Below, piece by piece: positions 52,701 through 61,480 of a DNA stretch of 64,000 nucleotides (the stretch's first letter is position 1; every line of letters begins with the position of its first letter). The stretch covers positions 3,259 to 67,258 of the forward strand of contig CAWAKU010000003.1 in NCBI GenBank assembly GCA_963782715.1, given 5' to 3'. The notes under the pieces are model-generated. The model was not told where the DNA came from. It searched no databases and saw nothing but the letters and a program-made list of their open reading frames with translations. The translations under genes and the position numbers were made by a program. This DNA is from an uncultured Chloroflexia bacterium. Its GTDB lineage: Bacteria > Chloroflexota > Limnocylindria > Limnocylindrales > CSP1-4.

Positions 52701-54742
52701 CAGAGTCCCTCTGTGGTGAAGGCGGGTCCGAGTTCGGTGAGGCTGAAGACGGGGCCGTCCTTGCAGACGAAGAACCGCCCGAGCTGGCAGTGGCCGCACA
52801 ACCCGACGCCGCACGACATGTTGCGTTCGAGGGTGACCCAGGTCCGGTCGAGGTCGAGGCCGCGCCCGAACAGCACGTCCGAGGTTGCCTGCATCATCCG
52901 TTCGGGGCCACAGATGAAGGCGACCGCGTTCCGGCCGTCCCATGTCGCGCGGTCGAACAGCTGGGTGACGATCCCGACCCGGCCGAGCCAGTCCGGCCCG
53001 GCGCGATCGACCGTCTCCCGGACCTCCATCTGGCCACCGGCGGCGAGCACGCCCACCTCCGACACGAACAGCCGGTCGGCCGGCGTCCGGGCCCCGAGGA
53101 AGAGCCGGATCGTGCCGATGGTGTCGCGTTTCGCGAGGCAGGCGTCGATCAGCGGCCGAAGCGGCGCGAGGCCGATTCCGCCTGCGACGATGACGACATC
53201 ACGGCCTTTGGTCTCCTCGACCGGCCAGCCGCGGCCGAGCGGGCCGCGCAGGGCGAGGGTCTCGCCGCGCTCGAGCCCGGTCAGGGTCCTCGTCGCGGGG
53301 CCGGCCGCCCGGATGGTGAGGTCGAGGCCGTCACGACGGAAGCGCGAGATGGAGATCGGAGCCGCGGAGAAGGCCGGCAGGGTGGCCATCACGAACTGGC
53401 CCGGCTTGCCGCCGAGCAAACGCCGGTCGGTCGTCTGGAGGTGCAGCGTCACGGTGTCCGCGGTCTCGCGGGTGGTGCCCTCGACGTGGACGGTGACGAA
53501 TCCGCCGAGCGCGGGAGCGGGTGCCGGGGCGGGCACGATCTCGACCGGGGCGACCGGAGCGACGAGGGTCGTCGGCGCGGCCGTGGCGATCGTCCTGAGC
53601 TGCGGCATCGGGACCGGCCCGACGCCGGCGATGACCGCGAGCTCCTCGCGGACGTCGATGCCGACCGGGCACCAGGCGATGCAGCGTCCGCAGCCGACGC
53701 AGCCGCTCGAGCCGAACTGGTCCCACCAGCTCGAGAACTTGTGGGTCAGCCACTGGCGGTAGCGGTCCTTGCCGTGCGGCCGGAATGAGCCGCCGGCGAC
53801 CTTCGCGAACCCGTCGCTGAAGCAGGAGTCCCAGGTCCGTTCCTCGGTCGAGGTGGTCCCGTCGAGGTCGGACTTCTGGACGACGCTGGTGCAGAAGCAG
53901 GTCGGGCAGACGAGCGTGCAGTTGGTGCAGCCGAGGCACCGCTCGGCGACGGCCGCCCAGCCCGGATGCTCCGGGTTCGCGGCCAGGCCGGCGTGCGCGT
54001 TGGTCATGTCGAGCGGGGTGCCCATCGCCTCGCGGGCACCGGCGACGATCTCGGCCGCCGCGTCGAGCGCGGACGGGTCGGCGACCGGCAGGTCGAGTGA
54101 GTCGATCAACGCCGCGCCGGCCGGTGAGCCGGTCCGGACGACGTACCCGTCGTCCAGCTCGGTCAGGGCGACGTCGAAGCCGGCGGTCGCCTCGGGACCC
54201 GTGCCCATCGAGGTGCAGAAGCAGGTCGTCGTCGGGGTCGCGCACTCGACCGCCACGATGAAGGTGGCCGCGCGCCGGGCACGATAGTCACCGTCGATCG
54301 CCTGGCCATCGAGGAAGACGTGATCCTGGATGCCGAGCGCCGCGAGCTCGCAGGCGCGGACGCCGATGAGCGCGAGCGGCGCCGGGCGGGCGTCGGCGCC
54401 GGCGAACCGGACGCCGGCCGCGGTCCGCTTGCCGACACGGATCGGCGCGCGCGGCGGGAAGGTCCAGCGCTTCGGCGACATCGGACCGACCGCGTGGTCG
54501 AACCGCTTGGCATCGCCCCGATCGGTCACGCGGTAGCGGCCGGGCGCGGCTTCCGCGCCACGCCCGGCGGGCAGGTCGGCAGCGGTCGCGATCTCGTCGA
54601 GGACGATCGCTTCATCCCGGACGACCGGCCCGACGATCGTCCGGCCATCGGCTCGGAGCGCATCGAGGAGTCGATCGAGGTCGTCGAACGGCAGCCAGCG
54701 GGTCGGACCCTGCGTGGCTGCGTTCACGGACAGCATCACCAT
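52700..54742 (-). CDS. fused HydB-like (4Fe-4S, AsrA-type) and HydG-like (FAD/NAD(P)-binding plus 2Fe-2S, AsrB-type) diaphorase subunit
   Basis: The ATG at 54742 gives 680 aa. The N-terminal half has CLGCTNCTLVCPTC and CVGCGRCIAWCP. A Pro/Ala linker follows. The C-terminal half has VIVAGGIGLAPL and the terminal CGVGLCGHCQ. Confidence 0.85.
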   Translation of the reverse strand: MVMLSVNAATQGPTRWLPFDDLDRLLDALRADGRTIVGPVVRDEAIVLDEIATAADLPAGRGAEAAPGRYRVTDRGDAKRFDHAVGPMSPKRWTFPPRAPIRVGKRTAAGVRFAGADARPAPLALIGVRACELAALGIQDHVFLDGQAIDGDYRARRAATFIVAVECATPTTTCFCTSMGTGPEATAGFDVALTELDDGYVVRTGSPAGAALIDSLDLPVADPSALDAAAEIVAGAREAMGTPLDMTNAHAGLAANPEHPGWAAVAERCLGCTNCTLVCPTCFCTSVVQKSDLDGTTSTEERTWDSCFSDGFAKVAGGSFRPHGKDRYRQWLTHKFSSWWDQFGSSGCVGCGRCIAWCPVGIDVREELAVIAGVGPVPMPQLRTIATAAPTTLVAPVAPVEIVPAPAPAPALGGFVTVHVEGTTRETADTVTLHLQTTDRRLLGGKPGQFVMATLPAFSAAPISISRFRRDGLDLTIRAAGPATRTLTGLERGETLALRGPLGRGWPVEETKGRDVVIVAGGIGLAPLRPLIDACLAKRDTIGTIRLFLGARTPADRLFVSEVGVLAAGGQMEVRETVDRAGPDWLGRVGIVTQLFDRATWDGRNAVAFICGPERMMQATSDVLFGRGLDLDRTWVTLERNMSCGVGLCGHCQLGRFFVCKDGPVFSLTELGPAFTTEGL

Positions 54743-55218
54743 GGTTCCTGATCCGTCCTTGCAAAGAGGTCGAGCAATTGGGTGCGGGTCGCGGTCAGGC
54801 GCCGGGATACGGCGTCGAGCACCCGCCAGAGGACCGCGGCGGCGAGCGCCGGATCGGCATCCATGGCGTTCCGGAGGGCCGGCCCATCGAAGGTGACGAC
54901 GGTCGTTGGCTCCATGGCGGTGACCGTGGAGGTGGCCCGGTGCGGCGGGACGAGGGCCGACCAGCCGATGCAATCGCCGGGCTCGACGGTCAGGACCGTC
55001 ATGGCCTCGCGTCCGGGGACGGCCAGGCGGATCGCCAGCCGGCCGTCGACGACGACCCCGAACGAATCCACCGCGGCTCCTTCGCGCAGGACGACGGCCC
55101 CGGTCGGGACCGAGGTCAGCTCGGCGAGTGCCGCCAGACGAGCACGTGTAGCGTCAGGAAGACCGGCTCCGAACCATCCTGAAGCCAGCGCAGCATCGAT
55201 CCCGGTGTCCATGGACAT
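54736..55218 (-). CDS. stand-alone cyclic-nucleotide-binding (Crp effector-type) domain protein
   Basis: The ATG at 55218 is preceded by GGAGG-N9. The 160-aa product has a cNMP-binding beta-barrel pattern (VVLREGAAVDSFGVVVDGRLAIRL...GDCIGWSAL). No DNA-binding domain follows. Its 3' end overlaps the next gene by 7 nt. Confidence 0.7.
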   Translation of the reverse strand: MSMDTGIDAALASGWFGAGLPDATRARLAALAELTSVPTGAVVLREGAAVDSFGVVVDGRLAIRLAVPGREAMTVLTVEPGDCIGWSALVPPHRATSTVTAMEPTTVVTFDGPALRNAMDADPALAAAVLWRVLDAVSRRLTATRTQLLDLFARTDQEPW

Positions 55219-55557
55219 GACAAACAACCTCCGTGTCGTGACCAACGGTGAGGGTCATTCGGGCCTCTGGGACCGGCCGTTCGGCCCGAAACGAGGGCCA
55301 TCCGGTCCTGCCGGGCGGACCGTTCCGGCGCCACTATGCGAGCACGGTGGACGTCGGAGGGGACGCCCGGCGCCCACCGCAATCTCCTCGCGCGACAGTG
55401 CCGGCCGGCCACCGCCCCGGCCGGATCATCAGCGGCGAGCGATCACCGACGGTCAGGAGACGGGCGACTGCGCGCTTGGCCGGCCTCCATCGGGGCTGAG
55501 CCTCCGGCTCCTCAGGCGAATCTCAGGGTTCGAGGCCTACGGTTCGGGCGACGGGAT

Positions 55558-56290
55558 ATGACGGTCCCGCCTGGACCGGAGAGCCTGATGCCCAGATCGC
55601 TTCTCATCGGCATCGCCGTCGTCGCCATCCTCGCCGTCGGCATCGCCGGGTTCGTCGTCTACGACCAGGTCCTGCGCGGTGACAGCGCGGCCGCCTTGAC
55701 TCTCCCCGGAGGCAGTGCCGCGCCCGCTGCCAGCTTCGACGGCGTCGTCGCCGGCACGTGGACCGTCGCGGCCGACAGCGTCGCCGGCTACCGGGTGCGC
55801 GAGCAGCTGGCCAACCTGCCGGCCGAGAGCGATGCGGTCGGCCGGACCGACAAGGTCACCGGATCGATCACCGTCGGGACCTCGGGAACCACGACCAGCC
55901 TGACCGCGGGTGCCCTGTCGGTCGACACCACCTCGATCGCGTCCGACAAGCCGATGCGCGACAACCGGCTGCGCAACGAGGGGCTCGAGACCGACAGCTT
56001 CCCGACCGCGACCTTCAGCCTGACGTCACCCGTCGAGGTCCCGGCCGCCGCCCTGACCGGGACCGCGTCCGACGTGACGCTGAAGGGCGATCTCACGCTC
56101 CACGGCGTGACCAAGTCCGTGTCGCTGCCGGCCAAGGCGCAGCTCGTCGAACGGTGTCATCTCGGTCGCGGGGTCGCTCAGCTTCCCGCTGTCCGACTAT
56201 GCGATGACCGCGCCCAGCCTCGGCGGGTTCATCGTCTCGATCGCCGACACCGGCACGCTCGAGTTCCTGGTCAACTTCACCAAGAGCTGA
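55558..56290 (+). pseudogene. YceI-like periplasmic protein with N-terminal TM/signal anchor, +1 frame change near 56149
   Basis: ORF 55336..57174 reads ...GDLTLHGVTKSVSLPAKAQLV. It continues one base later as (D/N)GVISVAGSLSFPLSDYAMTAPSLGGFIVSIADTGTLEFLVNFTKS and stops at 56288-56290. The span is 733 nt (3n+1). Confidence 0.8.
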
Positions 56291-56307
56291 CGGCCCGCGC
56301 GGGTCCC

Positions 56308-57084
56308 CTACTTCGTGTAGACGCCACCCGGATCGAGCTCCTCGCGGATCAGTCTCAGCTCGTCGTGGGTCGGGGCAGGTGTCTCGGCGAGATCCGGCGC
56401 GATCGAGACGTCCCAGCCGATGGTGTCGCGGACCGCCTCCACCGTCGCGCCCGGATGGAGCGAATCGAGACGCATCTCACCGGCGTCGTCGAAGTGGTAG
56501 ATGCCGAGGTCGGTCACGACGACCGTCGGACCGCGGCCGAGCCAGCCACCCTCGCGCCGGATCCGCTCAGCCTGTTCAGCCCCACCGAGGTTGCCCGGGC
56601 TCGTCCGGAAGTCGATGGTCTCGACGAAGCTGCGTTTGCTCTGGCGCATGATCACGAAGACCTGGCGAGCGTTGATGGCGATCTCGCATGCGCCGCCCGA
56701 CCCCGGCAGGCGCGTCGTGGGATGGTCGTACGGGCCGATGACCGTCGTATTGATGTTGCCGAAGCGGTCGATCTGCGCGGCGCCGAGGAACCCGACGTCG
56801 ATCAGCCCGCGCTGGAGGTAGTAGCCGAACAGCTCGAGCATGCTGACGACCGCGGTCGCGCCGGTGACGATGGTCGGGTCGCCGATCGACAGCGGCAGAC
56901 GGGCCGGCCGGGCGCCGAAGACGCCCGCCTCGTAGACCAGCTCGAGGTCGGGTGCGACCGTCCGCTTGGCCAGGTTGACCGCGATGTTCGGCAGACCGAC
57001 GCCGACGAAGCAGACGTGCTGCTCGGCGAGCTCGCGGGCGGCCGCGACGATCATCATCTCGGACTTCGAGAAGACGACGGTCAT
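56308..57084 (-). CDS. CoA-transferase subunit B (3-oxoacid/glutaconate CoA-transferase family)
   Basis: The ATG at 57084 overlaps the subunit A stop. The 258-aa product has a family block (GAAQIDRFGNINTT, SGGACE). Confidence 0.85.
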   Translation of the reverse strand: MTVVFSKSEMMIVAAARELAEQHVCFVGVGLPNIAVNLAKRTVAPDLELVYEAGVFGARPARLPLSIGDPTIVTGATAVVSMLELFGYYLQRGLIDVGFLGAAQIDRFGNINTTVIGPYDHPTTRLPGSGGACEIAINARQVFVIMRQSKRSFVETIDFRTSPGNLGGAEQAERIRREGGWLGRGPTVVVTDLGIYHFDDAGEMRLDSLHPGATVEAVRDTIGWDVSIAPDLAETPAPTHDELRLIREELDPGGVYTK

Positions 57085-58007
57085 CAGTGGTACGACCCGT
57101 ACTCGACGCTGCCCGACGGGGCCGAACCCGGCGTCAGCGCGGCGATCCGCTCGTCGCCCAGCTTGGCCATGTAGTCGGCCCGGCCGCCGAGGTCGTGGAC
57201 CCATTCGCGGAGCCAGGCCTGGGTCGTCGCCTCATCGCGGGTGATGGCATCCCATTCGAGGTAGAACCGGTTGTCCCGGTCGTAGACGCCCTGGACGTAC
57301 GACGGATGCGCGCCCCACGGCTCGACGACCACCGCGTCCACGATGAGACCCGGGATGATCGTCCGGTTCGGGTCGGCCCGGATGACCGCCTCGTCGACCA
57401 GCTCCTCGACCACGACGATGACCCGGTCGGCCGCGAACGCCGCTTCCTTCTGGCAGCCGAGCAGCCCCCAGACCTGGGTGTCGCCACCGGCCGAGGCCCG
57501 CTGGGCGTGGACGATGGTCACGTCCGGTCGGAGCGGCGGGACCGCGTAGATCGTGCCGTCGCCGTAGGGCGAGGCGATCGGCCGGATGAGCGGGTTGGCC
57601 ACCGGCAGGTCCGTCTCGAAGTAGCTCCGGAGCGGGAAGAACGGCAGGTTCATCGCCCCGGCGGTGTAGCGGCCGACCATCCCGAAGTGGCTGTATTCCT
57701 CGACATCCAGGGGTTGCTCGGGGATGTCGCCCTCGATCCGGCGACGGATCGCCCCGAGGCCGCCGACACCCGGGTTGCCGAGCCACGAGAAGACGAGCTT
57801 GCGGGCGACCCCGGCCGCGATCATCTGGTCGTAGATGACATCCGGGGTGAGCCGGGCGAGGGTCAGGTCGCGCCGGCCCTGGCGGATGATCTCGTGGCCC
57901 GCCGCGAACGAGATGAGGTGCGTGAATCCCTCGATCGCGACGGTGTCGCCGTCGCGCACGAGCGCGGCGATCGCGTCGTGCATCGACGCGACCTTGGAGG
58001 TGCTCAC
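57084..58007 (-). CDS. CoA-transferase subunit A
   Basis: 307 aa. The N-terminus MHDAIAALVRDGDTVAIEGF is typical of family I CoA-transferase alpha subunits. Confidence 0.85.
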   Translation of the reverse strand: MSTSKVASMHDAIAALVRDGDTVAIEGFTHLISFAAGHEIIRQGRRDLTLARLTPDVIYDQMIAAGVARKLVFSWLGNPGVGGLGAIRRRIEGDIPEQPLDVEEYSHFGMVGRYTAGAMNLPFFPLRSYFETDLPVANPLIRPIASPYGDGTIYAVPPLRPDVTIVHAQRASAGGDTQVWGLLGCQKEAAFAADRVIVVVEELVDEAVIRADPNRTIIPGLIVDAVVVEPWGAHPSYVQGVYDRDNRFYLEWDAITRDEATTQAWLREWVHDLGGRADYMAKLGDERIAALTPGSAPSGSVEYGSYH

Positions 58008-58039
58008 GGCCCGATTATCCCCGTCCTGCCGGTGCGCGG

Positions 58040-59437
58040 TCAGCCGCCGACTTCGCCCTCATGCATGGCGCCGGCGAGTGCGGCTTCGCGGCCGACCTCG
58101 CCGCCGCGGGCAGCGACCTCGCCGACCGCCTCTCCGAAGATCCGCAGCGCGGTCGTCATCTCGTCCTCGGAGACGGTCAGTGCCGGCGACATCCGGACGC
58201 TCGACTTGCCGCATTCGAGGACGAGCAGGCCGCGCTCGAAGCAGGCCCACTGGACCTCCTCGGCGTGCTCGGCGGTGTCGAATTCGACGCCGATCATGAG
58301 GCCCTTGCCGCGCACGTCGCGGACGAGCCCGTCGAACCGGCCGATGAGCGGCCGGAGGCCAGCCGTCGCCTGGTCGCCCCGGATGGCGGCGTTCTCGACG
58401 AGGCCGCCCTCGAGCAGTTCGATGGTCGCCAGTGCGGCCGCGCAGGCGACCGGGTTCCCGCCGTACGTCGAGCCGTGCGCGCCCGGACCCCAGGCCTCGA
58501 GCAGCTCCGCCTTGGCGACCAGCGCACCGAGCGTCATCCCTGACGCGATGCCCTTGGCCGTCAGCAGGATGTCCGGCTCGACGCCCCAGTGATCGACCGC
58601 CCACATCTTGCCGGTCCGGCCGGCGCCCGACTGGATCTCGTCGGCGATGAGCAGGATGCCGTGCTTGTCGCAGATTTCGCGCAGGCCCTGCAGGAAGCCG
58701 TCCTCGGGGACGATGTAGCCGCCCTCGCCCTGGATCGGCTCGACGATGATCGCCGCCACCTCGTTGGCCGGGGCGAGCTTGTCGAACAGGACCTCGTCGA
58801 ACCAGCGCAGGTCCTCGACCTTGCCGAACGGGGCGTGGAAGATCCCCGGCAGGAGCGGCCCGAACCCGGCGTGGTACTTCGCCTTCGACGCCGTCAGCGA
58901 GACCGATCCGTACGTCCGGCCGTGGAAGGCACCGAGGAAGGCGACGATGTACGGCCGGTGGGTCGCATAGCGGGCGAGCTTGATGGATGCCTCGACGACC
59001 TCCGTCCCGGAGTTGCCGAGGTAGACCCGGGCGCGGCCCTTGATCGGCGAGATCCGCGCGATCTCGCGGCAGACCTCCGGGTAGATCGGCAGGTAGAAGT
59101 CCGACGCCGAGAAGTGGATGAGCTCGGCGGCCTGCTCCTTGATCGCCGCGACGACCTGCGGGTGCGAATGACCGGTCGAATTGACCGCGATGCCGGCCGC
59201 GAAATCGAGGAAGAGGTTGCCGTCGATGTCCTCGACCGTCAGGCCATCGCCACGGACCGGGACGATCGGGTACGCCCGCGGCAGGCTCGGCGACGTCCAC
59301 GTCTCGTCGAACTCGACGTGTGCACGCGCCTTGGGGCCAGGAAGCTCCGTGACGATGTGTGGGACAGGCCGGTCACCGGCGATCCGCGACGTGCCGGAGG
59401 ACAAGACGCACCTCTTTGTCGTGACGGTGGGATGCAT
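58040..59437 (-). CDS. gabT: 4-aminobutyrate aminotransferase-like class-III PLP aminotransferase
   Basis: Family blocks are ELPGPKA, GTEVVEASIKLAR, LIADEIQSGAGRTG and TAKGIASG. The start is uncertain: the ATG at 59437 sits inside an AT-rich promoter-like patch, and the TTG at 59404 follows AAGAGG-N6. Confidence 0.8.
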   Translation of the reverse strand: MHPTVTTKRCVLSSGTSRIAGDRPVPHIVTELPGPKARAHVEFDETWTSPSLPRAYPIVPVRGDGLTVEDIDGNLFLDFAAGIAVNSTGHSHPQVVAAIKEQAAELIHFSASDFYLPIYPEVCREIARISPIKGRARVYLGNSGTEVVEASIKLARYATHRPYIVAFLGAFHGRTYGSVSLTASKAKYHAGFGPLLPGIFHAPFGKVEDLRWFDEVLFDKLAPANEVAAIIVEPIQGEGGYIVPEDGFLQGLREICDKHGILLIADEIQSGAGRTGKMWAVDHWGVEPDILLTAKGIASGMTLGALVAKAELLEAWGPGAHGSTYGGNPVACAAALATIELLEGGLVENAAIRGDQATAGLRPLIGRFDGLVRDVRGKGLMIGVEFDTAEHAEEVQWACFERGLLVLECGKSSVRMSPALTVSEDEMTTALRIFGEAVGEVAARGGEVGREAALAGAMHEGEVGG

Positions 59438-59687
59438 AACGAATATGCAGACTGGATAACGAATCGGAGTATATAGCCGAGGATCCTGCGACCGCGCCGT
59501 CCCGGTGGTGCGCGACGCCGAATGGCGGTCGGGCCATGGTCCTCTCGGGTGACGGCCGGGGGCATCGACGCGAGGCCACGATGGGCCGCATGTCGGCCTC
59601 GGAACTCGGGCAGGCCGAGACCGAGTCAGCCGGATCTAAGGATCGTGCCGGGCGACCCGGACCGGCGTGCGCTCGCCCCACGACTGT

Positions 59688-59810
59688 CAGTCGACAACCG
59701 GGGGCCGAAGGCTGGAGATTCGACCATTTCGAAGCGGATCGACGACCACGAGTCGACGAGATGCGTCGGAGGAGGCGTCGTCCGTTCCTTCAGGCCCTGG
59801 TTGTCGACTG
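59688..59810. repeat. imperfect ~18-bp inverted repeat (CAGTCGACAACCGGGGGCC / GGCCCTGGTTGTCGACTG) enclosing ~86 nt in a 420-bp intergenic region
   Basis: The arms lie at 59688-59706 and 59793-59810. They include 12 contiguous complementary bases, plus further pairs with one wobble and one bulge. Confidence 0.5.
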
Positions 59811-59857
59811 CCGGTCGACTTCGAGGGCCGGCGGAGGCGCCAACTCGCGCCCGCGCG

Positions 59858-61438
59858 CTAGTCGACGATGGTGCGTGACTGCTCGCGCATGAACTGCGAC
59901 ACGTAGTACATCGACAGTCCGGCCTTGCCGGTCGAGCCGCTGCCCTTCCAGCCACCGAACGCCTGCACACCCGGCCACGCTCCGGTCGTGGCACCGGCCC
60001 GCCGGTTGACGTAGAGCACGCCCGCCTGGATCGTGTCGAGGAACTGCTGGACCTCAGCCGGATCCTCGCTGTAGACGCCCGCGGTGAGACCGAGGACGTT
60101 GTCGTTCGCGAGCGCCACGGCCTCGCCCAGCGAGTCCACCGCGGCGACCGCGGTCAACGGCGCGAAGAGCTCATCGCGGAACAGGCGGTGCGACGTCGGC
60201 AGCCCGCCGACGACGGTCGGTTCGACGTAGAAGCCGCGGGCCAGGTCGCCATCGGTCAGGTGCTCGCCACCGGTGAAGACGGTCCCGTCGCGGCGCGCCT
60301 CGGACACGGCGGTCTGATGCCGGTCGACCGCGCGCTGGTCGATGATCGGGCCCATCCAGTTCGCCCGGACGAGCGGGTCGCCGAGGCTGATCTTCTCGGT
60401 CTTCTCGACGAGCAGCCGGACGAGCTCGTCGTGGACCGGCCGCTCGACATAGACGCGCGAATTCGCCGAGCACTTCTGCCCGCCGAAACCGAATGCACTG
60501 CGCATGATCCCCTCGGCCGCCTCCTCGAGGTCGGCCTTGCGCGACACGATGGCCGGGTTCTTGCCGCCCATCTCGACGATGCACGGCCGCGGCCACGCCT
60601 TCGAGAACGACTTGAACAGCCCCATCCCGACCTCGTACGAGCCGGTGAAGACGATGCCGTCGATGCCGGGGTGATCTTGGAGGGCCTGACCGACGGTCTC
60701 TCCGGGGCCCATCACGAGGTTGATGGCGCCCTTGGGCACGCCCGCGTCGATGTAGGCCTCGATGAGCTTGACCGCCGACAGCGGCGACGTCGTCGACGGC
60801 TTGAGGACGACCGTGTTGCCACCGAGGAGGGCCGCCCCGGCCGGTCCGCAGGCGAGGGCCATCGGGAAGTTGAACGGGCTGATGACCGCGAAGACGCCGT
60901 GCGGCCGGAGGATCGAGCTGGTGTGCACGGACGCATCGCCGAGGTTGCCCATCGGGTGGTCGTAGCCGTCGTTGTCGGCCATCGTCTTCGAGTAGTAGCG
61001 GAGCATGTCCGCACATTCCTCGACCTCGCCGAGCGACTCGATGCGGTTCTTGCCGACCTCGATCGACATGATCGGCGCGTATTCCATGAGGCGCTCGCTG
61101 ATCAGGTCGCCGGCCCGGGTGATGATCTCGATCCGCTCGCGCCACGGCACCGCGGCCCAGGCGGGCTGGGCGGCGCGGGCCGCTGCGACGGCGTCGTCGA
61201 CGTCGGCCGCGGTCCCGCGCGCGAACGTGCCCAGGACGATGTCGCGGTCGACCGGGGTGCGGACCTCGAACGAGCCATCGCCATCACGCCATTCGCCGGC
61301 GATGTAGTTGCGGTGGTAGGCGCCGAGACCCGCGCGCATGGCCGTGACGCCGGCCTCGAACTGCGCGTGGAGGTCCTCGTTGTCGGCGCCCAGCGTCGCG
61401 TAGGTGATCTTGATGGGCGGGGCGGAATGGGTCGTCAT
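59858..61438 (-). CDS. aldehyde dehydrogenase, 1-pyrroline-5-carboxylate/glutamate-semialdehyde dehydrogenase (PruA/RocA)-like
   Basis: 526 aa. It has the ALDH catalytic blocks VEMGGKNP and GQKCSANSR. The C-terminal block FGGWKGSGSTGKAG resembles PruA-type enzymes. Confidence 0.8.
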   Translation of the reverse strand: MTTHSAPPIKITYATLGADNEDLHAQFEAGVTAMRAGLGAYHRNYIAGEWRDGDGSFEVRTPVDRDIVLGTFARGTAADVDDAVAAARAAQPAWAAVPWRERIEIITRAGDLISERLMEYAPIMSIEVGKNRIESLGEVEECADMLRYYSKTMADNDGYDHPMGNLGDASVHTSSILRPHGVFAVISPFNFPMALACGPAGAALLGGNTVVLKPSTTSPLSAVKLIEAYIDAGVPKGAINLVMGPGETVGQALQDHPGIDGIVFTGSYEVGMGLFKSFSKAWPRPCIVEMGGKNPAIVSRKADLEEAAEGIMRSAFGFGGQKCSANSRVYVERPVHDELVRLLVEKTEKISLGDPLVRANWMGPIIDQRAVDRHQTAVSEARRDGTVFTGGEHLTDGDLARGFYVEPTVVGGLPTSHRLFRDELFAPLTAVAAVDSLGEAVALANDNVLGLTAGVYSEDPAEVQQFLDTIQAGVLYVNRRAGATTGAWPGVQAFGGWKGSGSTGKAGLSMYYVSQFMREQSRTIVD

Positions 61439-61480
61439 CGGTCGGGTCCTCGAGCTCGTCGGGTCGCAGAAACGTTGCGG

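Noticed and set aside
59480-59857. A possible tmRNA, RNase P RNA, SRP RNA or tRNA in the long intergenic region.
   Set aside because: I could not find any of the diagnostic motifs: a T-loop GGTTCGA(A/T)TCC with a CCA end, GAGGAAAGTCCGG, or the SRP GGAA/AGCA motifs. The region is kept only as an unexplained structured element. No tRNA-like cloverleaf signatures were noticed elsewhere in the window.
59690-59866. Apparent enrichment of GTCGAC palindromes, with five occurrences in about 180 nt.
   Set aside because: GTCGAC (the codons GTC-GAC) is intrinsically common in this GC-rich, Val/Asp-rich genome, and one copy lies inside the dehydrogenase coding sequence. Without a background count this is not evidence of a binding array on its own.
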